From: Guillardia theta CCMP2712
Taxonomy: Eukaryota > Protista > Cryptophyta
NCBI RefSeq assembly: GCF_000315625.1
Contig: NW_005434659.1
Location: 633,788 to 697,787 of the forward strand
Direction: 5' to 3'
Length of the DNA: 64,000 bases
Position 1 is the stretch's first letter; each line of letters opens with the position of its first letter. Shown in pieces: positions 37,401 to 49,800 of the stretch. The notes below the pieces were generated by a model, which worked only from the letters and a program-made list of their open reading frames with translations, was not told the DNA's origin and did not search any database. The position numbers and the translations under genes are program-made.

Positions 37401-37600
37401 GGGTCTGATCTGTGCCGGGGGTTGCGATGATGGAAGAGCAGGAGACTGTGATCAAGGAGACGTCGGAGAAAATTATCCTGTACGTGGAGCATGCTCCGAA
37501 TGTTCCGATGATCCCTGCTCTGTCTCGTGTAGTACCGTTTGCAAGATGTGACATGTATTGTTGTTTCGACTTCCTCGGTGTGAATCATGATCTTTGTGTC
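34435..37600 (+). CDS. Plastid-targeted NAD(P)-binding Rossmann-fold protein (TIC62/NAD_binding_10-like) with extra C-terminal domain
   Basis: LLLLLLVASSFLQSEA^FSF presequence; EVAVIGPPG, IRRVVLLSSLGT, GVLDKKRDVE, YSIVRVG; C-term WDDEFLRLDGPEL, GLTTPV, EGGVEV..PRVRALRCNM. More than 20 exons; 3' end approximate. Confidence 0.6.
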
Positions 37601-38029
37601 TCACACAATGTGATTTGAGATGTGTCGTGGCATACCAAACACGATCTCCCATCACCTTTAATGTCTCATGCACTTGAATATGCTTTCACCCAATCCTTCA
37701 TGTGATCATCACATCTCAATCACACTGTGTGACCTAGTCCTGTCAAGACATGTTGGTTCATCTCATCTCATCTCCTCACATCTCACATCACATCTGCATC
37801 GCATTATCTGCATGCTCATCATGTCGTTTCGCTTCTTCTCTCATCTTCTCATCGCAGCTCTTCCCTCCGCAAAGACGTCAGTGCATGGATCGCAGCGCGC
37901 AAGTAGGGATAGTAAAATGCAAGGGTCCCTGCCACGGTCTATTAGTACCGGTACTCTTAATCGCTTTTTGAAGACATAAAGACCGGTACTCAAATCGCAT
38001 CTACCCCTTGAGGTTGGGTTATAAGAGCA

Positions 38030-39958
38030 ATGGCTGGAGCTTGGCGAGGCTTCGCCGCCGCTCCTCCTCCTGCTCACCGTCGTATGCTCCTCCTCCCTCT
38101 TGCCTTCACTCTCATCCTAGATACTCCGCGGACTTCAGGGTTCCTGGTCCCTCCTCCTTCTATACGGCAAGGAACGATCATATCCAAGGCACTGGGTAGG
38201 TGGAGAGCAGAAGTCCCGCGGAGGGGGCGCTGGTTCTCGATGCAGGCAGCAGATGACAAACTGGAAAGTCTTACCTTCGACTTCGCATCCCACCTGAAGG
38301 AGCATCTCGACGGCCTGTGGGGGGCCAGGGGAGCTGAAGATTGGTCCTTGTACGCTGCAAACATACAGTTCAGCGATCCTATCCAGAGCCTGGGCGGGCT
38401 GGAGGAGTACAAGAAGTCCTTGATGCTGCTCAAGGACTCGCCGTTCTCTTCCAACGTCTTGTTTCAGACTCACGATGTCTCTGTCAGCGGCAAGGGGAGG
38501 GTGAGGTCGAGGTGGACCCTCTCGAGCGACGTGAAGATCCTACCATGGCGACCTCGAGTCGTTTTCACTGGCATCTCAGAGTACGAGCTGAATGAGGAGG
38601 GGAAAGTTTGCAAGCATGTAGACTACGTGAGTTTGAACAGACGCTTTCTTTGATGTGTCCTCCCCCTCTCGCTCCTTCTTCTCCTCATTTCCTCGTCGCT
38701 CATATGTGCTCTTCTGACGGGATAGCTGTTGTGTTCCTTTGACTTTTCATGCAGTGGGACAGTGTGAAGGAAGGAGAGTTTCTGGGTGGGTGGAAGGACA
38801 TTCTTATCGGAGGAAGTCGCTTGTGGCAAGGGCGACAAGATCCCACAACCTACCTGCCCGAGGTTTGCGAGAATCTCACTGACCCCGCCCCATTCCGTTC
38901 CTCATACAGTAGTGAAGATGACGATTCTTCGGAGAGGAAAGGATTACGAGCTGAGGAGAATAGAAGAATCCTACTACGCGGAGATTGTTCTGAACAGGAC
39001 AACAACGAGGGTAGCGCTGCAACTTGATCGTGGGGAGATGTTGTGACAGGATTTCTGCCTGCTCCAGGTGGGTGCGATCAAGGCGATGAACAAGTACTGG
39101 ACGGTGTGAATTCGAGTGTGCTGAAAGAGGACGTGTGTGACAAGAAGCAGGGCTACAACACCAACGCTCGAGTCATCTCACCTTCTCAGCCGACCTTGTA
39201 GCCTCTAATGCTCACTTGCGATATTCCTGACCCCTCATGCTTTCCTCCCCCTGCAGCATCTCAGTGTCAGAACCTAGCTCGCAAGCTACCGTGACCGTGA
39301 GGTGACTGGATGCGGACGAGGTTGCCATGTAGTCAGAGCTGTCTGCACGCAGGAGCTTCCTACCTGGAGCTATGGGGACTGGGAAGGAGAAATCCCCGTG
39401 AGCGTGCTAGTCCAGGATGTGGGAAGGATGCTTACGAGCACCCGCAGGGAGCCGCTGGACAGGAAGGTCATGATCAAAAGAAGGCCTGGAGGGATCTTCG
39501 CTGTGCGTGTGCGCTGTTGAGCCCTGCGTCCTTTGACAAGATTTGGGACAGGTCAAGAGAATACTGACGCAACCTGACCCGCTGGACGAGTGGATCTCAA
39601 CGGAGCAAGTGAGCCGACCTGCATTCGGCTCTGCGACTGCGCTGACCTGCGCAGGTCTACGATATCCGCGCTCAGCTCCTTGATCGCCTGACGGAGGAAG
39701 GGGTCAAGACCCGACAGGTCAGTGCAAGGCTGCAGGTGGATTGGCTCTGAATTCCGCTAGGACTTCAAGGTTGCGAGGTTCGCAAACGTGTATGGACCGG
39801 GCGACATCCGGTATGAGTTGTGGTAAGGAACCTCGGTTTCAAGATGGTGCTGGGGATAAGCGCTTGCAACTCCCAGGGTGCCCGTTCAATCTTTCGAGAT
39901 GCGAGCTGCTTCATTGATCAGGTCAGCCAGCTCTGTGGTGCCGGTGAGATCTCCCTGA
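38030..39958 (+). CDS. DUF2358 (NTF2/SnoaL-like) + SOUL heme-binding protein, predicted plastid-targeted
   Basis: MLLLPLAFTLIL..TSG^FLVP presequence; LYAANIQFSDP, WTLS, LPWRPRVVFTGISEY, HVDY|WD, then MTILRRGKDYELRR (SOUL start) and YELWVPV end. Same architecture as plant plastid HBP5-type proteins. Confidence 0.8.
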
Positions 39959-40255
39959 CTGCATGCTTGCAGCGCTTCAAACACTTCCAAGATCAGTGGC
40001 CTCAAACTGGACTTCTCACTCCTCGACGAGGAGGAGTGAGCGTGTCTGGCCCTGGCCTCCATGGACATCGATGTGAATCGTTGAGGAGGGTTGGGAGAGG
40101 TAGGATAAAACTTTGAAGATGAAGAATAAGGATGACACTGCGATAATGCAACGATGCGAGAAGGTGGTGTCCAGTATGGCAATAAACATCCATGAAACAA
40201 AACATGTTCTCATACTACAGTTGCAGCATGTTTCTGCTCACGCTCCTCGTTGCAA

Positions 40256-40518
40256 TTAGGAGGAGAACCTGCCCTCGTGGCTGAGGTCGTCAGCATTCAC
40301 GATGCCTGAGGTGGCCTTGTCGGAGAGACCTGATCGACCCACATGTCAGCACAATACAGCACGCGATATCGTTGCCAGGGGGCTCACCGGAGCCCTCCTT
40401 GGAAACATGGTAGGGCTGGTCCATGGGGCCAGTGACGGAGAAAGCGTGGGACAAGACTTGGAACCTGGAGGAGATGAGCATGAGTAAACAGATAAGACCG
40501 CCGCACACACATCATCAT
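40256..40518 (-). CDS. Spliced microprotein (~52 aa), unknown function
   Basis: Two short GT-AG introns give MMMFQVLSHAFSVTGPMDQPYHVSKEGS|GLSDKATSGIVNADDLSHEGRFSS* (TAA 40256-40258). Confidence 0.4.
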
Positions 40519-43136
40519 CCGTAATGAGTCGGCATTAAGGACAAACTCCACCTCATCAACGCACACAACAAACGCAACAGGTATTGCACCCATAATACAA
40601 CTACGTTGAGCAGATCGTAATATTATGCAAGTGAAGTGGAAAGTAAGCAAAATTGTCTGAAAGCATATATCTGGATCATGTTTGAAACATGCTGATGTCG
40701 GAGACAGTAAAACATTGCATCAGGCATCTTCAAACACTTCCCTATTCAATAGAAAGAATTCTACCCTATGATGTCAGAGGTTCGTCATCTTCGACTGCCC
40801 GAATGATTTCCCATGTTTCTGCTGCTTCATTCATCTTCTACCTCTCCTCCCACCACAGCCATTTCGCCCATTGCCACCGCCCTCCATACTCACATTCTGT
40901 TGCTCTATTTCTGGCGAGGTCGCCTGCTTTTCATTTTGTACCCCACCATCTTCAACACATACCCCTCCAAATGTCTGTTCGTACCCTACCACATTCCTAC
41001 CACATTCCATGGCCTCTTAACCCCCCACCCCCCCATCCTCCCATTGATTGGCTTAAAAAAAAAAGGAGGATACCTCATCCCTCATCAGACCCATTTGGGA
41101 GCCTCTTCCCCGCTCGTACCCTTCCGTGTATGCGCCCTCATCCCCTCAATCAAAGTTTAATTAGCCCGGTCATGAGCCGCTGAGTAGCAAGAAGGTCTGA
41201 CTGGGAATGGGTGGGGGGTTATAATCAGGGGAGGGGTGGGTGAAAATGAGGGGATCGGACCAGGAGGGTGGGGTGATTAGAATAATTCTTGTTCTCTAGG
41301 GAGCTGGGGTGATGAGGGTCGTAGGGTAGGAAGCAAAGATAGGTGGGGTCCAGCAATTTCTGACTGCAAGGGTGGGTGGTGGTCGAGATTTGAATGAGAT
41401 TGCAATCTGACGAGGCTACAGAGAAAAAACGGGGGAGATGAGGGGGTAGGGGTCCAGTGTGGAGTTCGAGAGGGGAAGGGGGAGGGATATTTTGAGATAA
41501 AAGGGGGTGGGTAGATACGAGCAATTATACTGCCAGGGGTAGTTTCTGGTCAACACTGGGGTGAAAAATCCGTTTGATGTTCCAGGAGGGGTGGTCGGTC
41601 TTGGAGAAGGGGGTGAGGGTGATCAGGGAATCGGTCGCATTTACCATTAGAAACTATACCCTACGCAGAAGGTCCAAGTCCTCCTAGAACCAAGGTCCTA
41701 CATCCCGTTGAGGGTAGGAGACTAGAACCCAACAATAGCTGTCATATACTGGAGGTCATAGAGCCCTAAGTCCTGAGCGTCTGGATTTTCGGTGCTTGTC
41801 ATTTTACTCGTACTAGAGCCCAAAGGGGGGTGGTACTCCCCTTGCCTCCTAGTCCGTAGGAGCTTTCCACATGCTTGATCCCTAATTGATTTTAGTCAAG
41901 TATGAAACATCAATTACTACCCTCGGCCCCCTCTCCTAATTTGAATAGGCAAGAGCTTGTTTGGGTGGTACGAAAAATTAAATAACTATCTTTCATGGTA
42001 CAATCTGGATAAAAGAGATGTACTGGAATTCAGATTGGGGTGAAGGAGGGGGTGGGTGGGTGGGAACCCTCACCGAAAAGTGGATCTGGTTCATGCGCGA
42101 TGGGGGAGATACTGGGCCTGAACCGCAAGACTTGATGATGCGTTCACGTTCGCTGAGTTGTTTTCTCTAGGGACCTTTGCGATCTTTGATGCAACTTACC
42201 CTTTCTGTCATATTGCTAACATGTACTTGCGTTGAACTCGTCCTCCTTTATCGCTCTGACCCTCATATGTTGTGCGTCCCATCGTCTGGATTCGCCAGTC
42301 ATGGTGCCTGGTTGTTGCATGTTCGGGTGTTACTATCTTGAATTATAGTTTTTTTGTATGACAATCATCGTGATGAAATACCCGTTTGTTCGAATTGCAT
42401 TTCAATATCTTAATTCGCGGATGTGCTCGTTCTTTTGCGTCCTAGGGTCTGTTCAGAGATGGTATCTGAGCATGTATGAAATCATTCAAATTCACAGCAT
42501 CATTCATGTCTTTTGTTATGCAGATTTCTTTCTTCTTCGAGATAGCTCTTACCATTGATCCCTCATTATTGCTTCGCTGCATTTCTAACCAACTATAAAA
42601 ACCTCCGCTTCTGCTCCTTGCATTCATTGCTTGACGTGCAACTGAGATGCGAAAAACGAAGTTTGACTGTCCTGTCATCCTCATCTCAATACCGGATTAC
42701 CTTGATTGTCATATTTCCATTGCATCTTCAGTCATCTTGCCACATCACCATTTTGAGTGTATAAATGGGAACACGCTTTTGTTCAATGTCTTCTTGAATA
42801 CAAGTTCTAACAGATTTACAATTCACTAACACCTGAATGGCTGCAGATATTCATCCCGTTTCGTTTGACTGGAAGAATTGCTTTCGGTCACGGACAAAAT
42901 TGGAACCAGGCTGAATCGGTTGGCGGGCTTGCGGGCTGGTTGGCTCTCTGCCTCCCTTTGCCCGCTTGTGCCCGCCATCGCTGTTTCAGTTTCAGGACAA
43001 CTCGATATCGAAGAACATTGAAATTACATCAACCTGTGGGTACCATATCATTGTAGTCAACTCTTTTGCACAAACCATCTTTTCGTTTTGTGCTCCCTTT
43101 CGTGAGAAATCTGACGTGCCTCTTGGGAACAGTACA

Positions 43137-46100
43137 ATGAGCAATATGGAGGAAGAAACTTGGCGTCATATCCCAGATGATTGGATGCATTCGCAGGTTC
43201 GATTTCTTCTTCTCTCAGACAAGAACCAATTGATTCGTTTTTGCGAATCTGCGCAGAGGGAATTCGGGAATGATGATTTGTATTTCCGTCAAAATGAAGG
43301 ATTTTCTCCTCCAATACCAACAGAAGGTTAATCAGATCGTGGCCATTGTCTAATTCTGTATGACAAATTTTGCAGTTGCTCAGCAGCTGCTTGTGGGCAA
43401 CTCGGATTCCTCACCAGCACTTGACTCTTACTACAACCACAATGGCTCGACTGGGAATTCTTCATATTCAACATCGAAGGATGAACTCTTGCGTGCTCAG
43501 CCAGAGAACAACACTAACGGTGATCAATTGTGGCATAATATCTGCCTCTTTACCTCATTTTGGGAAGGCAATATCAACCCTGTCAACCTGGCCACACTGC
43601 TGAAAGATACTACTCTAGGATCCTACCTGACTGTGAGAGTCGAGCTGCAACTTTTTGTAACTGAACCATCCGCTTGCTGTAGAATTCTGTCCGAACTGTA
43701 TCAAATCCATTGCGCAATGTTGTTGTCAAAGTTGTGGCAAACTATCAGAAAGTCGATGACTTGCACCAAGGTATCTTAATGCGTAATGTTCATTCCAGTC
43801 TTTGAACGTTGGTTTAGAAAAACCGCCACCAACTGAGGCTGTGAACAATCGATGCAAAACTATCCTTGCATTTCAGCAGGGAAGTGGGACACATTTGTGC
43901 TTTGGAATGTTTGTGAAGGAATACATCGAACTTGCCGAAATTTATGTAGACAGTGTGGACAGGTGATCTTGAAATTTCTATATATCATACCCTTAACATT
44001 TATGATACAAGCACCCCACTTCTGGAAGGTGAAAATGGGGAAGATCGGCAGAAAATGATGACTTCTATCGTCATTTCTTACATGAATTATTCCAAGAACC
44101 GGGGTTTCAAAAGGCTCTATTTACGGGTTGCTCCTCCAACCGATGAAAACAGGTAGGCGTGCAGAGCCCCAAGATTGATAGCCTTTTCATCATGCCGCAG
44201 CTTTATCTTTACGAGGAGATTGCCGAATGTAAGATTCAGGGCATCAATGCATTTGTCATTATGGTTCAAATATATTGTCCAAGCAGCCAGGTACACTCTT
44301 TCGAGAGCCATGTCCTCAGTTCTTGATTTGCTTGTAGCCGGAATGGAATCGTTCACGGAACTCACTGGAGCTCAAACCCGGGAGAAATTGAATTTCCCAG
44401 ATGGATGCTCCGCGAGGTTTTGCTTTGATGATGGTCGGTGCGTCAGATACTGAGTTGATCTCAGGACGATCGTCGTGCAGAGGACGCTTACAATGCTGTC
44501 GCCTCTACACAGGTGAACTGCATGGCTGAAGATGTTTACTTGACTGGGATGTCTGTTAGGTTGAACCTCAGCATGGAGCAAAGGATCTCGTTGAGGTGGC
44601 ACACCGCCTGCAAGATCGTTTCTTTGTCGTGAATCTGCACAATCCCAGTGCTCGGTGAGATCGAGGACTGCACTTGGAAACAGCTGATATTTTACAAGGT
44701 TGAAACGTGTTGAGGACGATGGCAACCTAGTGACCTCAGATGTCATGAGGGATCGAAGGTTGCTGCCCCCTGTGAGTGGCAAAGAGGAAAATAATTCCCC
44801 TGCCAGATCATTCGCAGAGATCTGCTCAAGGCAGCATCTCAGATTCAATGTTCCTGATTCCTCAGCGCAGTCGACAAGGATTCTGATCGGCATAGTGAGC
44901 ACCCTTTGCTGCATGCCCTAATAGAGCTCACTGGAGCTACACAGATTGCATCAGAGCAACAAGGTGAAAGAAGTTCTGGATCAAGCTTGTCCGCTACCCA
45001 GCAGCGCTCGTTTTCCCAAAAGAGCCTACCGGGGGAGGGAGAAGTCTTGAGAAACCCCCAGGTGGATTGCAGCTGTGTGTGGCAGCAATGAGATGACTCG
45101 GATGAATTCAGTACGACTCCTTGAAGAAGGGTGAGATCTTACAAGGAGCGTCACGGTCGACTGCTGCCAGCAAGGTGATATGATCGATGAGCAGGCAGAA
45201 GAATGCGTGGGGCGGAGGGGTCAAAATCTGATTCTTGATTGGGTTCCATTGCTGTCCCTTACCTCTTTGACTTTCAAAGGACAAGATGAAGATTCTTCCC
45301 TCGAAATCTCGAAGACCGGCTGATAACGAATTGGGCATCGGCGAATCCTCCACCTCGACTATGTTTCCTCCATCGCGCATGATGTCGGCAGAATACGGGG
45401 CTTACATGGCATATCAGCAACAAGTCAGTTTACTCTGTCTTGGTATCTTGCTGATCGCGCTGCAGGCGTCGTTGGATGGGCACGCAGGGTTTCCCAGGGG
45501 AATGATGTATGGCTCAAGCAATCGCATGCCAGAAGCAGAATTCTCACGAGGGCAAATGTATGGAGGCATGCCGCCATATCATCCTGACATGTACCCCGGT
45601 ATGCTGCGATGAGATTACCTAGAGCATGTGACGGGGTTTTGTTGCAATGCAAGGCATGATGGAGGAACTGAAAGGTCGACCCTCCATGGGTATCCCTCCA
45701 CACGTCAGCATGTCTCATCTGCATCCGGACATCCGCTGGATGGGCGAGCCCACACGAGGAGGGCTCGGGTGGTCACACGCTTCACCACGAGATGCAATTG
45801 CGCAGGCGAATGGGTTGGGAGGGTGAGGAGCGAGCAGACGAGTGTTGACGGGGTTAACTGAGCTGCTGTCAGGTTCGGGGTTGATGGAGTGGAACATGGC
45901 TTCAGGGGCAACGGGCATGGCTTCCCTTACGATGTCCATTACGCTTCGCCGCTGGCCAATGGTGAGTGCACTTGTTGAGAAGCGTGCGGAACTTGTGACG
46001 GATGGGAGCAGGTCACCTGAGCTCGTCGATTCAAGCTGTGCAGGCTGCTCAAGACCTGCAGATGCTTCAGGGTCAGATGCCCATAGGGTGGAGGGGTGGA

Positions 46101-46789
46101 GATGTTTCAGCGTCTTCCAAGCGAATCGCCGACGGGAGGAGGATACCTCCTGGGGTTGCAGTTCCAGCAGCGAGGAAGCTCAGCAACGGTATCCCCAACG
46201 GTAGCCCTAGCGTGACGAAAGCAGCTACAGGTAGAGAGAATTTGAAGCGAATTATCTTCTTTGACAGTCGTCCAGGTATGGAAGCGATGAAGGGTATACT
46301 CGCAGTGAAAGATGAAGGTCAGACCCTCTGATGCTGTGCTCCCCTCTGCCCGCCTCATCTTGTCTCACATAGCCCTTCATCCTCCTAACTTGTCCTTGCA
46401 GATCCTGCGAGTCTCGTACAATCCAGCATCATGTCAGTGCCTCCTGTCGCTAATCTGGACAAGAGGCCTCGAAGCTCTCCCGCCAAGTCCGACATTGCTT
46501 CTCCTCAGTCCCTCACCGGCTTGTCCATGGGGCTCGAGGCCTCCCAGAACAAGGTGAGACCCTCGGGACTCCCTTGCGCTGCTGCTCACCTTGGCTGCAG
46601 AACAAGAGGAAACGAGAGAGCAGCAAGGCAGTGAAGCCGATGCTGATAGGGCAAGATTTTGGGGAGGGGAAGGGGGATGGCAAGAGCGATCTTGACACCT
46701 CATTGCTGGACGTGGATGAGCTGCAGCTGTCGAGTGACTTCCTGGACGCGGACTCGTTCCTGGTGACGTCAGGGCTGGTGCCTCCCTGA
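43137..46789 (+). CDS. Divergent p300/CBP-type (HAT_KAT11) domain protein with low-complexity C-terminus
   Basis: Colinear matches to the p300 HAT domain: LKDTTLGSYL, VVVKVV, RCKTILAFQQ..LCFGMFVKEY, IYVDSVDS, SIVISYMNYSKNRGFKRLYLRVAPP..SFIF, LSLWFKYIVQAA, DDGNLVTSDVMRDR..FAEICSRQHLRF..STRILI. Confidence 0.8.
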
Positions 46790-46823
46790 AAGCCTCGCAC
46801 CTCCTTCGAGTCGGACATGTAGA

Positions 46824-49800
46824 TTAGGCGTGACAAGCCGGAGACACTCCAGTGATTGTAATAATTATTTGAGAGCTACAGACCACCCCCTGCCACTGCT
46901 CTGCCTCCTCCTCCTTCTACTACTCCTCCTCCTCCATCACTGCCACTTTCACTTTCTCCTCCTCTTCTCTCCTACACTTTCCCCTCGTCCGGCTCATTCA
47001 GGTTCGGTGTTCGAGTCAATCTGCTCTTCTCTTCCTTACTGCTACATGTCTCGCCCCTCCACTTCTTCCTCCTCCCTCCTTTGAAGCAGCTGCCGCCACC
47101 TTCACCTCCAGCGACGCTCGCAGACCCGCCCACGAGTCTCTTCCCCACTCCTCCAAGTCACAGAAACTCCATCCTCCCCTTGCCCATGGTCAGCTGCCAA
47201 CACGCCAGCAGCATCAGCAAGCTTACCTATCTTCCTCTCTCCTCCTCCTCCTCCTCTTCCTCAAGACGTGGAGGGCAAGGCGGATGAGGTCTTCAGCATC
47301 TCGAGCGATGAGTAGGTGGAGGTCTTTCTCCCTTGCCATGAGGCTCGCGGAGACTCGCGATACCATGAGCTCGCCGGGGAGAGTCGCCTGCTCTGACTCA
47401 GATGGAAGGCGCAGCAAAATGCAGGACAAGAGGCAAGGAGAGAATTGAAGAGAGGAGGAGGAGGATTTGCTGAAGCACCACCAGCAGCAGCAGACAAAGG
47501 AGGGCCGCAAGCAAGGGCAGCAACAATAGGAAAGCAAAACAAGAAATGGAGTTGGAAGTCAAATGCACGAGGAAAAGGAGGAGGCGGAGCAAGAGGAGGA
47601 GGAGACCAAGGAGGAGAGAGAGCAGGACCAATACCAGCACCAGCAGACTCACCACAGGCACATTCGACCTCAGCCATTCCGCTGTCGTCGAGTGTCCATT
47701 GTACCGCATTGAGTCGAGGAGGAGGTCAGATCTTTCCTTGAGCGCCTGACGTGTTTCAACGGCTGACTGGAGGACAGGAGGAGGACAAGGGACCAAGCAG
47801 AGGAAACAGCAGATGGAGGCGAGTTGAAAGTAGTAGTAGTAGTAGTAGTAGTAGTAGGAGGAGGAGGAGGAGGAGGAGGAGGAGGAGGAGGAGGAGGAGG
47901 AGGAGGATTAAGAGGGGAAAGAGTCGAAACGAGAGTTTTGACCTCGTAGGATCGTTTGTCAAGGGAGGCTGGGAGCTTGAGAATGCGACTGGAGGCGTTA
48001 GAGACCCCCAGGACCGAGAGTGTGTGGAGGATACGATGACTACAGGAGGAGGAGGATCAGCAGAGGAGGGAGGAGAGCAGGGGCTCTTGCCTTGCCATGG
48101 AGGAGATAGGAGGTAGCCATAGGAAGGAGGAAGGGAGTTGGAGGAGGAGCTTCGAGACTAGAGTCAGATACTCCCAGCTTGAGTTAATTCCAACGCTCTC
48201 TTCGAACATTCTCCTCAACCTCTGGCTGTCTGGCGGGATACGCATCGAAGGAGGGGGGGAGAGAGAAAATAAGTGCGGGGAAGGAGGAGGAGCTTCTCGG
48301 CAAACCAATCTTCCTAGAGCGCTAAGTGAGCAAGAGAGAAGAGGGAAAGAGCTCAAACATATTCAGGGGGCGAGGCAACAGGATCGCCGAGGAGGAAGTC
48401 GTACGCATGTCCTACCTACAGGCAGATCTTACCACCACCATCATCTCCTCCTCCTCCTCCTCCTCCTCCTCCTCCTCCTCCTTTCCTCCTCCTCATCCTC
48501 CTCTCCTCCTACCCCGGTAGAGCCAACGACGCCGAGCATGGCGACTGACAGGCAGGAGGGACGGAGACTGTTGACCAGGACGTGGTGTGGGCCTGACGAG
48601 CCCGACGACCAGCCGTCGATGTCAAGGAGGATGTGAGTACCAGCCGCATTGATCCTGCGAGCGAGCAAGGAGGAGGAGACGTCCGAGCTCGCCACCCACC
48701 GAGAGCAGGTATGCCTGATCCCTTCCTTCACCTCCTCGTCTGATCCTGATCCTGCTCCTGCTCCTGCTCCTCCTGCTCCTGCTGAAGTCTTGTAGCAAGT
48801 GACTGAGAGGACGTTCCTGTTTCTGAGCTCCTTCCACCCCAGCAGCGCACCCAGCAGAACTTGACCGTGAGGATGGTCGTGTGGATGTGCCGCGAGGATC
48901 GCCAGATTGACTTGAACCACTCGGGACTTGAGGCTGGAGGGAAACAAGAGGAGAAGGGGGAGGAGGAGAAGGAGGAGGAGAAGAAGAGATAAGGAGAGCA
49001 TGGAGAGGAGAGACAAGAAATGCAGGGAGAGAAGGAGACGGGGAGTGGGTTGGTGGTAGGCAAGGATGGGAGAGGAGGAGAGAGGAAAGAGGAGTAGAAA
49101 CAAACATGTTAGCTTCTTCAAGCACAAGTTCACAACGTTACCTCTCGCAGACTTTCATGGCAAACTTGTTGCCTCCTCCATCCTCTCCGTCCTCTCCCTC
49201 CTCCCTCGCTCGCAGGCTCCTGGCCTGTGCTCCCATGAACTCTGCAGTCCCTCCATCACCTTCATCATCATCATCCCATCAGCTACCAAGAAACTGTCGG
49301 TGAGGGAGCAGCATGAGCGCTTCCACGTGTCCTAGAGGAATCCCTTGCTCTCCCCTCCTCGCCATTTCTCCCCTTAACGACCTACACAGCAAGTTGTCAT
49401 AATCCCACCCTTCCCTTCCCCTGCTGTGCTTTGACCTACACCACCACCACCACCACCACCACCTCCTCCTCCTCCTCCTCTTCCTGCTTCCCCTGCTTCA
49501 GCGCCCTCCTCTTTCTTCGTCCCTTGCCCTTCTCTCTCTTCCTCTCCAACCTGCTGATGTCATCGGCAAGGTCAAAGTCGCATCCCCACAACGCAAAGTG
49601 AGCTCTGCAAGCAAGCGCGCATGGAAGGAGAGGAGACGCGCGTTCCGCTTGTCTGCATGCGCCGTCGGCCAGGAGGATCAGCGACTTGGAGGCCAGGACT
49701 TGCGTCAGATGGCACAGAGCTTCCCCGTCCTCCTCCCACAATCTGCCGCTGCTGTCTCAGCCATGGCTTCCTTCCTCCTCCTCCTCCTCCTCCTCCTCCT

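Noticed and set aside
40950-42100. Transposon or telomeric repeat
   Set aside because: No transposase/RT ORF, terminal repeats or regular TTTAGGG-type units; kept only as a motif-rich island.
42130-42160. C/D-box snoRNA (TGATGA...CTGA)
   Set aside because: Boxes are only about 14 nt apart, too short for a guide snoRNA, and no recognisable rRNA complement is present.
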